A DNA stretch of 64,000 nt from the NCBI RefSeq assembly GCF_963921235.1, contig NC_086097.1, forward strand, positions 106,022,001 to 106,086,000. The letters are read 5' to 3'. The notes under the pieces were generated by a model. That model had not been told where the DNA came from and searched no databases. It saw nothing but the letters and a program-made list of their open reading frames with translations. This stretch comes from Mobula hypostoma. Its lineage: Eukaryota. Of this stretch, positions 1 to 11,102 are shown piece by piece. Position numbers and translations under genes: made by a program. How positions within the stretch are numbered: the stretch's first letter is position 1; each line of letters starts with the position of its first letter.

Positions 1-248
1 GGACAAATAGTTACAAGAACAGTTTCTTTCTGTATGCCATCAGTCTTATGAACACTTGAATTTTAGTCTATTATAAACCAAGTTCACCTGTACATACACA
101 GGTATACCTCATTGTATATAGTTCACGATTATTTGCACTGTTCTTTTGCTTGCTTTTTGATTCTGTACGGCGAGGGCTCAGGGAAACCGGCATCAAATTC
201 CCTGTATGTGTCCACATACTTGGCGATAATAAGGGATTCTGATTCTGA
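1..248 (+). mobile_element. Rex1/Babar-type LINE 3' end (runs off window start)
   Basis: Decayed K-N-S-F-F-x-x-A-I C-terminal motif (aagaacagtttctttctgtatgccatc), a 3' UTR and a (GATTCT)n tail at ~235-248. Same tail type as 33358-34027. Confidence 0.6.
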
Positions 249-1034
249 TCAGCAGCCACCAGGCAAATCCTGGCTCCTATGTCTTACGCGAGGCTTTTTA
301 AAAAAAATTAAACCTTACATTGAGACCTTTACAACCACAGGCACATTTTTAAGATTTTAGGTTATCTTTTCAGACAGAAGCTATAGGGATCTCTCATGCC
401 CAACCTATCCCTGGTTAAAGTTAATTCCTTTCAAAAATAGAGTTCTGACTAGACAGAGCTTTTTTCACCTTCATGAAAGCTGGAGTAGTCCCCAGTCCCC
501 AAATCCCAAAAATACTTGTGGGTACCCAGGACTATCCCCATCTTCAGCTACCTAGTAATGGATTCAAATGAGAGATCAAAAAGAGTGATATAAATTAACT
601 GAAGCTGCTCAGAGCAGTTGGGCCTCCATGGACCTGCATTTTTGTGTGCACCATGCACTTTGAGACTTGCATGCAGTTTCTATTCATGCATGTCTGTATT
701 ACTGGCTGCCTTCTTTTGCGCTACTGAAAGATGGAATACTTCAAAACATGTAGAATTAAATTTACAGTCATTCACTGCTTTTCACTGGGTGCTGCTATTG
801 GCTTAGATTTTCTTGCTCGCTGCAGATAATTGTGAAGATAGACGGATGATACCCCTTACCTTAAGTTTTAAATGAAGGTCAAGGTCTTGTCTGTTTTAGA
901 TAGCTGTTTCCTGACCATGTCTATGAGAATTTCACTGATTTCTTCTGATTCTTGATTAGACACATTGGATGTTCTGGGTGTATGTAACCTCATTCGGAAA
1001 CTTAACATTTTATGCAAACACCCATCAGAACATG

Positions 1035-1245
1035 TGGTCGTGGTGCTATCTCCGGAGATGAGTATGATGGGGTTGTCTATTGGTAAGTCTCAGGTGGTTG
1101 TAGAGGCCAATTCGGGATCCACATAATGTGCCGCAGTGTGGGCAAGAGTAATTGGTGGCTGTGGTTGGGTCCTTTGGTGTTTTGGTCTCTTCTTTCACAG
1201 TTGCCGTTTGTTCTATGTGCCACCCTGTTTGCTGAGCTATCTCTA
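1035..1245 (-). mobile_element. RTE-clade LINE 3' end
   Basis: Minus strand reads N-K-R-Q-L-*-K-K-R ... Y-S-C-P-H-C-G-T-L-C-G-S-R-I-G-L-Y-N-H-L-R, the C-terminal C2H2 finger (SRIGLxxH) of RTE-type ORFs, then a short 3' UTR. Confidence 0.7.
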
Positions 1246-1569
1246 CTGTGTCTGCCAGAAACCTATTCCCAGCCCAATCACATCATCTTACTTCCTGAAA
1301 TGCATTATCAGTGAGCTACCCAGACTTGTGAAGGGCTGCAATAAAGACAGTTGTTTCTTTACTCCGGAACCCAAAGTTCAAGCACCTCCAGTTTTTTCTG
1401 TAGTGAGTAGGACATTGCAGAGGGTGCACACTACACAGATGCCATTGCTTTAGTTGAGCTGAGTAAGAGGTTTGGACAGCTGGCAATCTGTCCTGATGTA
1501 CTCATCATTGCATGGGATGAGTCTACCAAATCCCAGCAGATATTGAAGATATCCGCTACATTTGTGAAC

Positions 1570-1874
1570 AGGCTCCTGCTTATTACTCCCCTCCCCCCCC
1601 GCAGTCCCATTGTTCTGTTGTCCACCCTTCCTTCCTATCAGATTCTTTCTTTTCCAGCACTTCACTTTTCCCACCCACCTGGCTTCACTTTTCATCTTAC
1701 AGCAAGCTTCATTCCCCTCCCCCACCTTCTAATTCAGGCATCTTTCCCCTTCCCTCTGTTCTGAAGAAGGGTCTCAGCCTGAAATATTGACTGTTTACTC
1801 TTTTCCATAGACGCTGCCTGATCTGCTGAGTTCCTGCAGCATTTTGTGTGTTGCTTTGGATTTCCAGTATTTAC
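1570..1874 (+). mobile_element. Old Penelope-like element 3' end with degenerate hammerhead motif
   Basis: Pyrimidine-rich 3' UTR, then ctgaagaagggtctcagcctgaaa (1761-1784) and the gctgcctgatctgctgagttcc...gatttccag tail shared with the PLEs elsewhere in the window. Confidence 0.65.
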
Positions 1875-3374
1875 ATGATTGACAAAGAGGCATTTTGAGC
1901 TTTTTTTTTAATATAAGGGCAGATCAAAACCATCAGATAGCTCTCAAAATAATTCAAGGACGAACAAGATCAGTTTGAGGAGGCCAATTGTACTGGAAAA
2001 GGAAGCCTGTCCCATCTGGCTTGTCCAAGACTAATGGGGGAATTAATAATCATGCTGTGTACACACTGTAAATATTTTATTTCAGTATGGGTATAGAATT
2101 AATTATACTTCCCTGATTAAAAAAATGTAAGCACTGTAAGGGTTAATGAAGTTAGCTGGAATGACAAGCAAGCAGCAAACAACGGGATTCACAGAATCAG
2201 CATCTTGCAAAATTCTTGCTATTGAGAGATATCACCAACATCTTCAGCAAATAGAACTCTTTTGAAACAAAACTGAACTTTACATTATAATGGAATCACT
2301 ACTGCTAAATGCACCAAATCATTATAAATCATCAGGAATCAGTAAAAATAAGTGTTTTCAGCTTTGTGCACATTACCAATGCTGAGGTAATGCTTCTACA
2401 GCTCCTGATAAACGTTAATAAATTACCTGAATTTCAAAATTAATGGGTGCTGGGCTGTTCTGGGGCGATATCATTGTGTTTCATGAATATTTTGATATCA
2501 AGATTGGATCAAAACCACCAAATTACTAAACAAGCATACCCAAGGTCCAGTAATCATGAAGTCTGTTTCAAAAAAAATATTTCCAGAAAGAAGTGGAGCT
2601 ACGAAATAATTAAATGAATTTTCCTGCATTTCACCTTGTCATATTTGCATGACTTAGTATCTCCTCTATTAATCTTTCCGTAGCTAAGAAATACACATTT
2701 TTGTACCTTTTTAAATATACCTTGCTAGTTGAGATAATGGCCTATATTGTGATGTTGAAAAGGCTTGTATTTGCAAAAAAAACAATGAAGTGTCAGTGCA
2801 AGCTCTGGGAACCAATGATTAAACCAACTGTATGGTTTCTATATGGTTCTATATCTATTTAAACAGGTTTCCAGTGTTCCCTTTTGTGCCACACAAAGAT
2901 CAATATTCAGCAAACAACTCATAATTTACTGTTATTAAGCTTTACTGGCCATAAAAATGGACAACTGCAGATTCATGTGATGAAGCATCATTGAGTTATA
3001 AATGAGTTCCAGCTACAGTTCTTCAAAAAAAACCTTTGACAATTGGTTCCAAACATTCAAAAATCATAAAATATTCACAATTTGTGATTTATTTGTTTTG
3101 TTTACATATTTGGTCTACAGGAAATTAAGTCATACTGTTCTAGGGTTAAAGCTTACAAGGTGTCTGCTACTTAATAAACTTGGCCACCACAATTATCTCA
3201 AAGGTATCATACTTGTTTTTCCTTTCCATCTTGTGTTTCATGTTCTTGAACTAAGCTATATATACCTTGTCTATTTTACAAGAGATAGATAAATATTGAA
3301 TTTAAAAATGTATATTGGTTTACACATGTTCTGAACAGTTTACATATTCTGATATACTGTACATCTGACCACCC

Positions 3375-3702
3375 TACACCTGAAAGTCCCAGAACAATAC
3401 CACCTAAAATCCTTACAAAAGATTTTGGCGATCATCTGGAATGACAAACACACTAACACCAGTGCACTAGATGAGGCCAACTCGAACAGCATCTTCACCA
3501 TGATAAAGTAATACCAACTCTGATCATAGAATCTGGATGCCTAACTCACATCTCCCCAAACAGATCCTTTAGTCTCGGTTGAAGGAAAGTTAGTGAGCCA
3601 CTCGTGGGCAAAGGAAACGCTTCAAAGACAACATCAAAATCAACCTGGAAATATTCAACATCATTGGGAAGATATTGTACTCAATAAATACACCAGGAGG
3701 AA
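3375..3702 (+). mobile_element. RTE-clade LINE internal fragment
   Basis: Decayed reading H-L-K...Q-Y-H-L-K-S-L-Q-K-I-L-A-I-I-W-N-D-K-H-T-N...L-P-K-Q-I-L...G-Q-R-K-R-F-K-D-N-I-K...W-E-D-I, typical of the post-RT region of RTE ORFs. Confidence 0.65.
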
Positions 3703-5072
3703 ATGATGTTTATCGGAGAAACACCATATCCGGATTGATCCAACTACTGCACCAGTCATGCATGCCCCGAGAAAGATTCCAGTAGCTCTCAGGGGTCAAG
3801 TGATGGAGGAGCTACACAGAATGAAACAGATGAGGGCCATAACAAGACAGATACAACCGACCAACTGGGTGAATAGTATGGTGACAGTGGTCACAGAAAA
3901 AAAGATGAGGATTTGCATGAAGATCCACAAGATCTCAACCAAGCCATCAAAAAAGAGCACTATCCGCTGCTCACGGTTGAAGAGGTTATCTCCCACATGC
4001 CTAATGCAAAATACTTTTCAGTATTAGACGCAAATTAAGGTTTCTGGCAGATCAAGCTGGATGAAGAAAGTTCCAAATTATGCACTTTCAACACGCCCAT
4101 AGGGAGATATCATTTCCTGCATCTACCCTTTGGGATTTCTTCTGCATCAGAGGTATTCCAGAGATCCATGGCACAAATGATTGAAGGCCTGGATGGGATG
4201 GTCAACATCATTGATGATTTGCTGATATGGGTTGACACAATTCAGGAACATGATCAGAGACTGAGGAAACTCCTGGAGAGAGCACGTGAGTACAACCTAA
4301 AACTGAACAAAAGTAAATGTAAGATCAGAACTACAGAGATCAAATACATAGGTCATGTACTCAGCGCTGATGGGTTAAAACCAGATGATGAAAAGGTCAG
4401 AGCTATGGTACAGCTACCACCACCCGAAGACAAGCAAGAACTATTGAAGTTCATGGGCATGATAGAATATCTTGCCAAATTCATTCCCAACTTATCAGAG
4501 GTCAGCACTCCACTCCGAAAGCTACTAGAGAGCGACACTGAATGGCATTGGGAAAATGAACAAAAGAAAAGTTTTGACATATTGAAGCAGTTGGTTACCA
4601 ATGCACCAGCACTCAAGTTCTATGATGTCAATAAACCATTGACGATGCCTGTGGATGCCAGTTTGGAGGGAATAGGAGCTGTTATACTGCAGGATGGGAG
4701 GTTTGCGGTGTATGGATCATGAATACTTACGGACTGTCAATGCCAATATGCTCAAATCGAGAAGGAATTACTCAACATAGTTTATGGGTGTGAGAAGTTC
4801 CACCAGTATGTATATGGCAAAGAAATCCAGGTTGAGAGTGATCACAAACCACCTGAGAGCATCTTCAAAAAGCCACTCCACCAAGCTCCTATGAGGCTGC
4901 AAAGGATGCTTCTCAGGCTACAGAGGTACACTCTCACAGTCACCTATAAGCCAGGAAAAGAACTGCACATTGCTGATGCTTTGAGCCCTGCCATTATACC
5001 AAACCAAATGAGACAGGAAATGTTCAACAGAATTTATGAGTCACACCTGGGGATAGTGAAATGTAAAGAAAG

Positions 5073-5959
5073 TGTCATGGTCCGGTCCGTGAAGTCCATA
5101 TTCCGGTTCACGGTCCGGTCCATTGACCCTTGCTCCAGGTTTTCCTATCTACCCTGTTTCTGTTCTTGTTGAGCTAATTTAGGCAGCTGATGCTCGTTGG
5201 GGCGGGCTGCATAAATACATTCAGAGTCCCAGGTCTGGCTGCTGGATTGTTCTTGTCCTTACTCCTTGTATCACTTGCTCTGCCTTCTGTTTCCTCGCCT
5301 GAAGCCTTGCCTTGTCTTGCCGGTAACTCTCACCTTGCCTCAAGTCTCCTGCCTCCAGCCTCCATCCTCCCGCCTCGCCTCACCTCAAGTCTCCTGCCTC
5401 CAGCCTCCAGCCTCGCCTCACCTCAAGTCTCCTGCCTCCAGCCTCGCCTCGCCTCAAGTCTCAAGTCTCAAGTCTCCAGCCTCCTGCCAAGCCTCACCTC
5501 ATCCCTTGCCTAGACTCGAGCCTGAAGACTCCAGCCTCTTGCCTAGCCTCTAGCCTGAAGACTCCAGCCTCTTGCCTAGCCTCTAGCCTGAAGACTCCAG
5601 TCTCCTGCCTAGCCCCAACCCTGAAGACTCCAGTCTCTAGCCTCTTGCCAAGCCAAGCCAAGTCTCTAGCCTCTAGCCTCAATCCTGTAGATTCCAGCCT
5701 CATCCTGCCTGCCTGCCAAGCCTCGTCCTTGCCTAGTTCTGGGGTCCGAGCCAGAGGCAAGACCCAGGTACTGGGTCCTTGTCCAGTCTCTGGCTCGGAG
5801 TCCAAGCCTGGGCTCCTAGCTCTCTTGTCCAGTTTTGTTTCAGGTTCCTGGTTTTCCTGTCCATGTCCTTGCCATCGCTCTGTATCCTAGTCCTGTCCCG
5901 AGTACTTCAGTGTCTATGTCTTGCACTTGGGTCCTTTCCCAGCCCACCGCCGTGCAACA
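5073..5959 (+). mobile_element. Solo LTR (887 bp) inserted in the integrase Zn-binding region
   Basis: TGTCATGG...GCAACA ends; 5-bp TSD GAAAG (5068-5072, 5960-5964); removing it restores KCKERARDTLYWP. TATA-like gcataaata at ~5209. Confidence 0.85.
5330..5680. repeat. Minisatellites inside the solo LTR
   Basis: ~28-31-bp units (cctcacctcaagtctcctgcctccagcct) at 5330-5490, then 33-bp units (gcctgaagactccagcctcttgcctagcctcta) about 3.5 times at 5520-5640. Confidence 0.85.
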
Positions 5960-6280
5960 GAAAGAGCAAGGGACACTCTCTATTGGCCAGGCATATCAAC
6001 TCAGATAGGGGACATTGTGTCTCAGTGTGTTGTCTGTAATGAAAACAAAAGCAGCAATCCAAGAGAGCCTCTGCTTCCCCACCCACTACCAGGAAGACCA
6101 TGGGAGAAGATTGGCACAGATCTCTTTCACTACAATGTTGCTGAATATCTGCTTTGTGTGGACGACTATTCAAAATATCTGGAGATCACCAAGTTAAGTG
6201 ACATGTCCAGTTGAGGTGTCATTACCTCAATGAAGGCAACACTCGCAAGACATGGTATTCTAGATATTGTCATCAGTGAC

Positions 6281-6842
6281 TGTTAGAGTGGATTTCTTTT
6301 GGGTAGATGATTTGTTTTCACTTAAATGACTTTGGCCACCAGACTACTATTTTAACTGTTTGACAAAGGACTGTGGATTGAGTCCACCACAATGGGCTTC
6401 CTAAAATGTGTGAATACCAGATACTTCTGGTAGTTTGACCTGCTACTGTAGTTTCAAAGGCAGTATCACCTATACATTATAAATATTAATTGTATTAATT
6501 GTCTTCTATGTTAGCACGAGCAATGCCAAATAAATGTATCGCAGACTTAACTTACATTCCTAAAGGCTGTAGATACCAACCCAGACATGTTGGCGTTGGG
6601 AGGAAAGGATGGTGTGAAATTTGTATGTAGCTTCAATAGAAAGCATTGTCTATGCATTGTCTGTAACTTTTTAAGTAGCAATTGCCTTTGTGTTTAGCAT
6701 ATAAATATCGAGCCCACATTTAGCTAGCAGACCTTTCTACGGAAAGCGTCTCCATCCGTAAAATGCCTACTGTACCTTGTTGAGTCGAATAAAGAAGCTG
6801 CTTTGTATCTACCAGTGACTGTCTCTCTGGTAATTTCATCCA
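6281..6842 (+). mobile_element. Solo LTR (562 bp) inserted in the integrase core
   Basis: TGTTAG...TCCA ends; 5-bp TSD GTGAC (6276-6280, 6843-6847); removing it restores VISDNGPQY. TATA-like atataaa at ~6699 and AATAAA at 6788. Confidence 0.85.
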
Positions 6843-7823
6843 GTGACAATGGTCCACAATATGCCAGTGGTGAGTTCAGAGGGTTCTCAGAAAGCTGGGA
6901 ATTTCAACATGTTACTTCCAGTCCAGGGCACGCTCAGTCTAATGGACAAGAAGAGAAAACTGTCCAAACTGTCAAGAACATGCTCAAGAAGGCACAAAGC
7001 AGCAACGGTGACCCTTACATTGCTCTGCTTGAATACCGCAATGCACCAATTGAGGGTGTGGGGTTCTCTCCCGAGCAGCTGTTGATGGGATGTCATCTGA
7101 AGTCCAAACTGCCAACATCCACAACTCTAATGCTCAAGCATGACAAGCAAAAGTACAAGCAAATAAAGCAAAAGAGCTACTATGACAGAAATACAAGACA
7201 GTTGCCAGATCTGCATACAGGTGAAAATGTCAGAATACAGACAGGGGACACTTGGCAACCAGCTGTGCTTGTGAATAGACATCAGCAACCAAGATCCTTC
7301 ATAGTTTGCACGCCGGATGGAAGACTCTACAGGAGGAACAGGAAGCATCTGCTGAAGACAGGCGAGAGGGAGATTCCACGTACAGATGCACTGGACATTT
7401 CCACATATACAGACATGGAAACAAACGACACCAAGAATGATGCAGACGGCAAAGACACAGAGGTCACTGGAGAGACTGACACAGATGAAGGACAAGCACA
7501 GTCACAGTTGTATCACACACAGTCTGGGAGACAAGTCAAACTTCCAGCTAGATACAGAGACTAGACATACATACAGTCTCACACAGTTTGAGGCAAAGTC
7601 ACACATGTCATAAGTTCCAAGGTGTGAAATAAAAGGTTTATTAGTCTATGTTAGTAAAAGAAAATACACTGCTGTTAGTATTGTAAGATACAATGCAGAA
7701 TACAGTACAAGAAGTTAAGATTTTTTTTAGTTTATGTCATGGTTGTTGCACTGTAAGAAGGGCATACCTCGAGGCATTGTTTTGGTAATTCAGTGTTGTA
7801 AAAAAAAATCTTGAAAAGGGGGA

Positions 7824-7958
7824 TGTAATGTATTGTGTGAGTATTCGTAGCGTCAGAGTGTGTATGACGTCAGGACGTAGAGAAGTAAAAAATGGAAGCC
7901 TGTTGCAAAAACCTAGTTGTTCAATCTACAGCAGTGTCGGAGTCACATCAATATTACA
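7824..7958 (+). repeat. 3' LTR of the Mag-like Gypsy element
   Basis: 6-bp terminal inverted repeat TGTAAT/ATTACA directly after the PPT; AGTAAA at ~7884. Confidence 0.8.
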
Positions 7959-7959
7959 C

Positions 7960-8365
7960 CCTCGACCTGGCCAGCCTCCCTCTATAACTCAGGACTAGCC
8001 TGGCCAGCCTCCCTCTATAACTCAGGCCTAGCCTGGCCAGCCTCTCTCTATAACTCAGGCCTAGCCTGGCCAGCCTCTCTCTATAACTCAGGCCTAGCCT
8101 GGCCAGCCTCTTTCTATAACTCAGGCCCTCTAGTCCCGGCAAGCTCATTTTTTTCCCAGTACTCTTACAGTTTAACTACATATTTCCTGTAATAGCACCC
8201 AAAACTGCAGACGATATCCCAAGTACAACCTCACCAAGACTTATAAAACTACAACACAATGTCCCAACTCCTATACTCAGTGCCCCGACTGAAGGTCAGC
8301 ATGCTAATGCTTTTTGTCCCCCATTATCCTGCCTATCTGTGACGCCACATTCAATGAATCATACA
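7960..8365 (-). mobile_element. Old CR1 LINE 3' region; further degraded pieces continue to ~10170
   Basis: Minus-strand LPGLEGLSYRxRL, plus remnants of the EYRSWDxML...LVRxxLEY..QF block seen in other CR1s here. Confidence 0.7.
7967..8127. repeat. 33-bp tandem repeat (~5 copies) derived from CR1 ORF2
   Basis: Unit ctggccagcctctctctataactcaggcctagc; the minus strand encodes (GLSYRERLARL)n in frame. Confidence 0.9.
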
Positions 8366-8370
8366 TTATC

Positions 8371-8985
8371 CAGACATCCCACCTCTCCCAGAAGTTCCGG
8401 GAATCTCCTGCATATTAATAGTGGCTCCCTGAATCCCGCAAATTATATACAATATCCCGGAAATCAATTTTTTTGTGAGTGAGAGAGCGCGCAAGAGCGA
8501 CCACAAGAGAGAGAGCGAGCGCGAGAGAGAGAGAGCATGAGAGAGAGCGAGTGCGAGAGCGAGAGAGTGAACACGAAAGTGAGAGAGCAAGCGCACGTGC
8601 GTGAGAGAGAGAGAGAGACAGCAAGAGCGCACCATGGCAGAGTGTTCCAAAAAAACAAAATATAAAACGTACGTCACCCCAGGCTACACTAAAGTGTCCC
8701 TCTGCCTAATAGGGGTCAAAAATAATGACAGAGCTGCTCACTGCACTGTTTGCAACAGTGACTTTTCTATTGCCCGTGGTGGGTTAAGACTGTAAAAGAC
8801 ATATTGAGGTGAGTGCAGCAGGTGTCATTCATTCATTAGCATAACTAACATTATTTAAACTAGCTGGCTAGCTGCTAAGGAGCTTCTCTATTGCAGACAT
8901 TCCACCTCTCCCGGAAGTTCCAGGGTCTCCCACAAATTGATGGTGCTACCTACCTGAAATGAGTTTTTGCTGGGTGGGATGTCTG
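8371..8985 (+). mobile_element. Non-autonomous hAT-like DNA transposon with a BED-finger exon remnant
   Basis: TIR CAGACATCCCACC...GGTGGGATGTCTG; (GA)n tract; ATG at ~8634 gives MAECSKK...HCTVCNSDFSIA...CKRH followed by a GTGAGT donor. A second copy lies at 54640-55188. Confidence 0.85.
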
Positions 8986-9146
8986 CATTAACTGCATTGA
9001 AATTTATTTGTCACTCTTTGGCTCACTTCCCTAAACGATCAGGATCCTTTTGAATTGACGATAATCTAGTTCACTATAAATACCTAATTTTTGGTCATAC
9101 TTACTGGTAAGTCTTTTGTGTTTGCATCCAAATTAGAAATATCTAA

Positions 9147-9383
9147 AAACGCAAACAACAGGAATTCTGCAGATGCTGGAAATTCAAGCAACACACATCA
9201 AAATTGCTGGTGAACGCAGCAGGCCAGGCAGCATCTCTAGGAAGAGGCGCAGTCGACGTTTCAGGCCGAGACGCTTCGTCAGGACCTTCCTGACGAAGGG
9301 TCTCGGCCTGAAATGTCAACTGTATCTCTTCCTAGAGATGCTGCCTGGCCTGCTGCATTCACCAGCAACTTTGATGTGTGTTG
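9147..9383 (-). mobile_element. Fold-back (hairpin) mini-element derived from the PLE 3' end, with hammerhead motifs on both strands
   Basis: ~95-bp inverted arms (9190-9284 and 9288-9383); flanking 14-bp repeat TTAGAAATATCTAA/TTAGGAATATCTAA (9133-9146, 9384-9397). Confidence 0.85.
9250..9285 (-). ncRNA. Minimal type-I hammerhead ribozyme motif (stem II weakened)
   Basis: Minus strand: GUC-CUGACGA-A-GCGUCUCGGCCU-GAAA-CG-UC^GAC. Confidence 0.6.
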
Positions 9384-9744
9384 TTAGGAATATCTAACAA
9401 GGTTTCCCAATAACAACCATTATAGCATAACACCAGTCACCAGCCTCCATTTTAAGAAACCTCTGCTTCCAACCTGAGCCAATTCTGAAACCACCAAACA
9501 AGCTCCTCCAGATTCCAGAGGACTCATGTTTCCAGCAGCCTACAATGTGACACCTTGTTGAAGGACTTGCTATAATAGGCAACATCCACCGCCCGATCTT
9601 CAACCCCTTAGGTTACCTCTTCAAAAAACTAGAAAGGTTCATCGTGTGACTTACCACACACAAAGTCATGCTGACTCCTAATCAGGCTGAGTATCCAAAT
9701 GCTGGTAGATCCTGTCCCTCTGAATTCCTCCAATTCAGTCCAGG

Positions 9745-10117
9745 TCCAAGTGCGAGGGATGACCTGCAATTTGGCCAATTTAAGTAGCAGGCCAGATTGA
9801 AAAGATTAGGGTGTCAGGGTCAGAGGCTGGTGTTCAGCTCACTGATCCATGAGGTTTACTTGTCCATGCACTGAGGCTGTGACCTGCTCCTGGATCTGCT
9901 GTGGCTTTGTGTCTGTGGACCCACTTTCATGAATGTCACTTCTGAATGTTATTTGCTTACTTTTATTGTTTGCATGGTTTTCTTCCCTGCACACTTCATG
10001 TTTGACAGTATTTTTTATAAATGGGTTCTGTGAGGTTTCTTTGGTTTATGGCTGCCTGTTAGGAGATGAATCTCAAGGTTGTGTATAGATGCTTTGATAA
10101 CAAATATACTTTGAACT
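9745..10117 (+). mobile_element. Interspersed repeat ending in a TTTGAAC-type tail (Rex1-associated 3' end or SINE-like)
   Basis: Terminal gatgaatctcaaggttgt...tttgataa...actttgaacttt motif. Related ends at 26670-26935 (+), ~29985-30430 (-), 34438-34915 (-) and 55189-55428 (+). Confidence 0.55.
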
Positions 10118-10172
10118 TTCCCATTACTGATATCAGGTTGGCTAGCCTGTAGCTCCCTGGCTTATCCCTGCT

Positions 10173-10777
10173 AGAAACATAGAAACATAGAAAATAGGTG
10201 CAGGAGTAGGCCATTTGGCCCTTCAAGCCTGCATTGTCATTCAGTATGATCATGGCTGATCATCCAACTCAGAACCCTGTACCAGCCTTCCCTCCATACC
10301 CCCTGATCCCTTTAGCCACAAGGGCCATATCTAACTCCCTCTTAAATATAGCCAATGAACTGGCCTCAACTGTTTCCTGTGGCAGAGAATTCCACAGATT
10401 CACCACTCTCTCTGTGAAGAAGTTTTTCCTAATCTCGGTCCTAAAAGGCTTCCCTTCTATCCTCAAACTGTGACCCCTCATTCTGGATTTCCCCAACATT
10501 GGGAACAATCTTCCTGCATCTAGCCTGTCCAATCCCTTTAGGATTTTATTTGTTTCAATAAGATCCCCCCTCAATCCAATGAGTATAAGCCTAGTCAATC
10601 CAGTCTTTCATCATATGAAAGACCTGCCATCCCAGGAATCAATCTGGTGAACCTTCTTTGTACTCCCTCTATGGCAAAAATGTCTTTCCTCAGATTAGGG
10701 GACCAAAACTGCACACAATACTCCAGGTGTGGTCTCACCAAGGCCTTGTACAACTGCAGTAGTACCTCCCTGCTCAA
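10173..10777 (-). mobile_element. Young CR1 LINE, 5'-truncated
   Basis: SREVLLQLYKALVRPHLEYCVQFWSP...GIRGYGGKAG; 3' hairpin region and (TTTCTATG)n tail. Same family as 62645-64000. Confidence 0.9.
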
Positions 10778-11102
10778 GAGTGAACATATGAAACCTTTTA
10801 AAGATTAGCTTTATTTGACACATTCTCATCAAAATAGAGTTAAGTGCAGAATTAAATGCATCATTTTGCATGGATCATGTGCTGGAGACAGCACACAGGT
10901 GTTGCAACTTACCCTGTGTCCCTTTACCAAAGCCTTGTGAGTCAAAGCTTAAAGTCCCCAATTTTACAATATCTGCTCCAAAATGCCACTGCACTCAACC
11001 TTACCTTCCTTTTCCTGGATAAACGTTCATTCCCCATTACTACCTCTCCAGTCTTTTTCCAGCAATCTCATATCCACTCTTGTCTCTCTCTTACTCATTA
11101 AA

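Larger units (their letters stand above)
3703..7564 (+). pseudogene. Gypsy pol (RT, RNase H, integrase), with stops, frameshifts and an internal deletion
   Basis: HAPRKIPVALR, GFWQIKLDEESSKLCTFNTP, IIDDLLI (RT); VDASLEGIGAVILQ, YAQIEKEL, DHKP, IADALS (RNase H); HLGIVKCKERARDTLYWP...CVVC, PWEKIGTDLF, SDNGPQY, QSNGQEE (integrase); ends LPARYRD*. Confidence 0.9.
3703..7958 (+). mobile_element. 5'-truncated Ty3/Gypsy LTR retrotransposon (Mag-like), interrupted by two solo LTRs
   Basis: pol in RT-RNaseH-INT order; PPT gaaaaggggga (7813-7823) directly before a 135-bp LTR TGTAAT...ATTACA. No gag or 5' LTR. Confidence 0.9.

Noticed and set aside
855..1000. Minus-strand donor (AAG|GTAAGG) with a short protein-like frame
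   Set aside because: The frame stops before the donor, the acceptor is poor, and the peptide is not recognisable.
1247..1414. Possible short solo LTR (TG...CA, AATAAA at 1340)
   Set aside because: No matching TSD and no second copy in the window.
5190..5890. Ser/Pro/Leu-rich ORFs
   Set aside because: They arise from tandem repeats within a solo LTR.
5330..8127. 33-bp repeats as a possible CRISPR array
   Set aside because: Units are head to tail with no unique spacers, there are no cas genes, and the context is eukaryotic.
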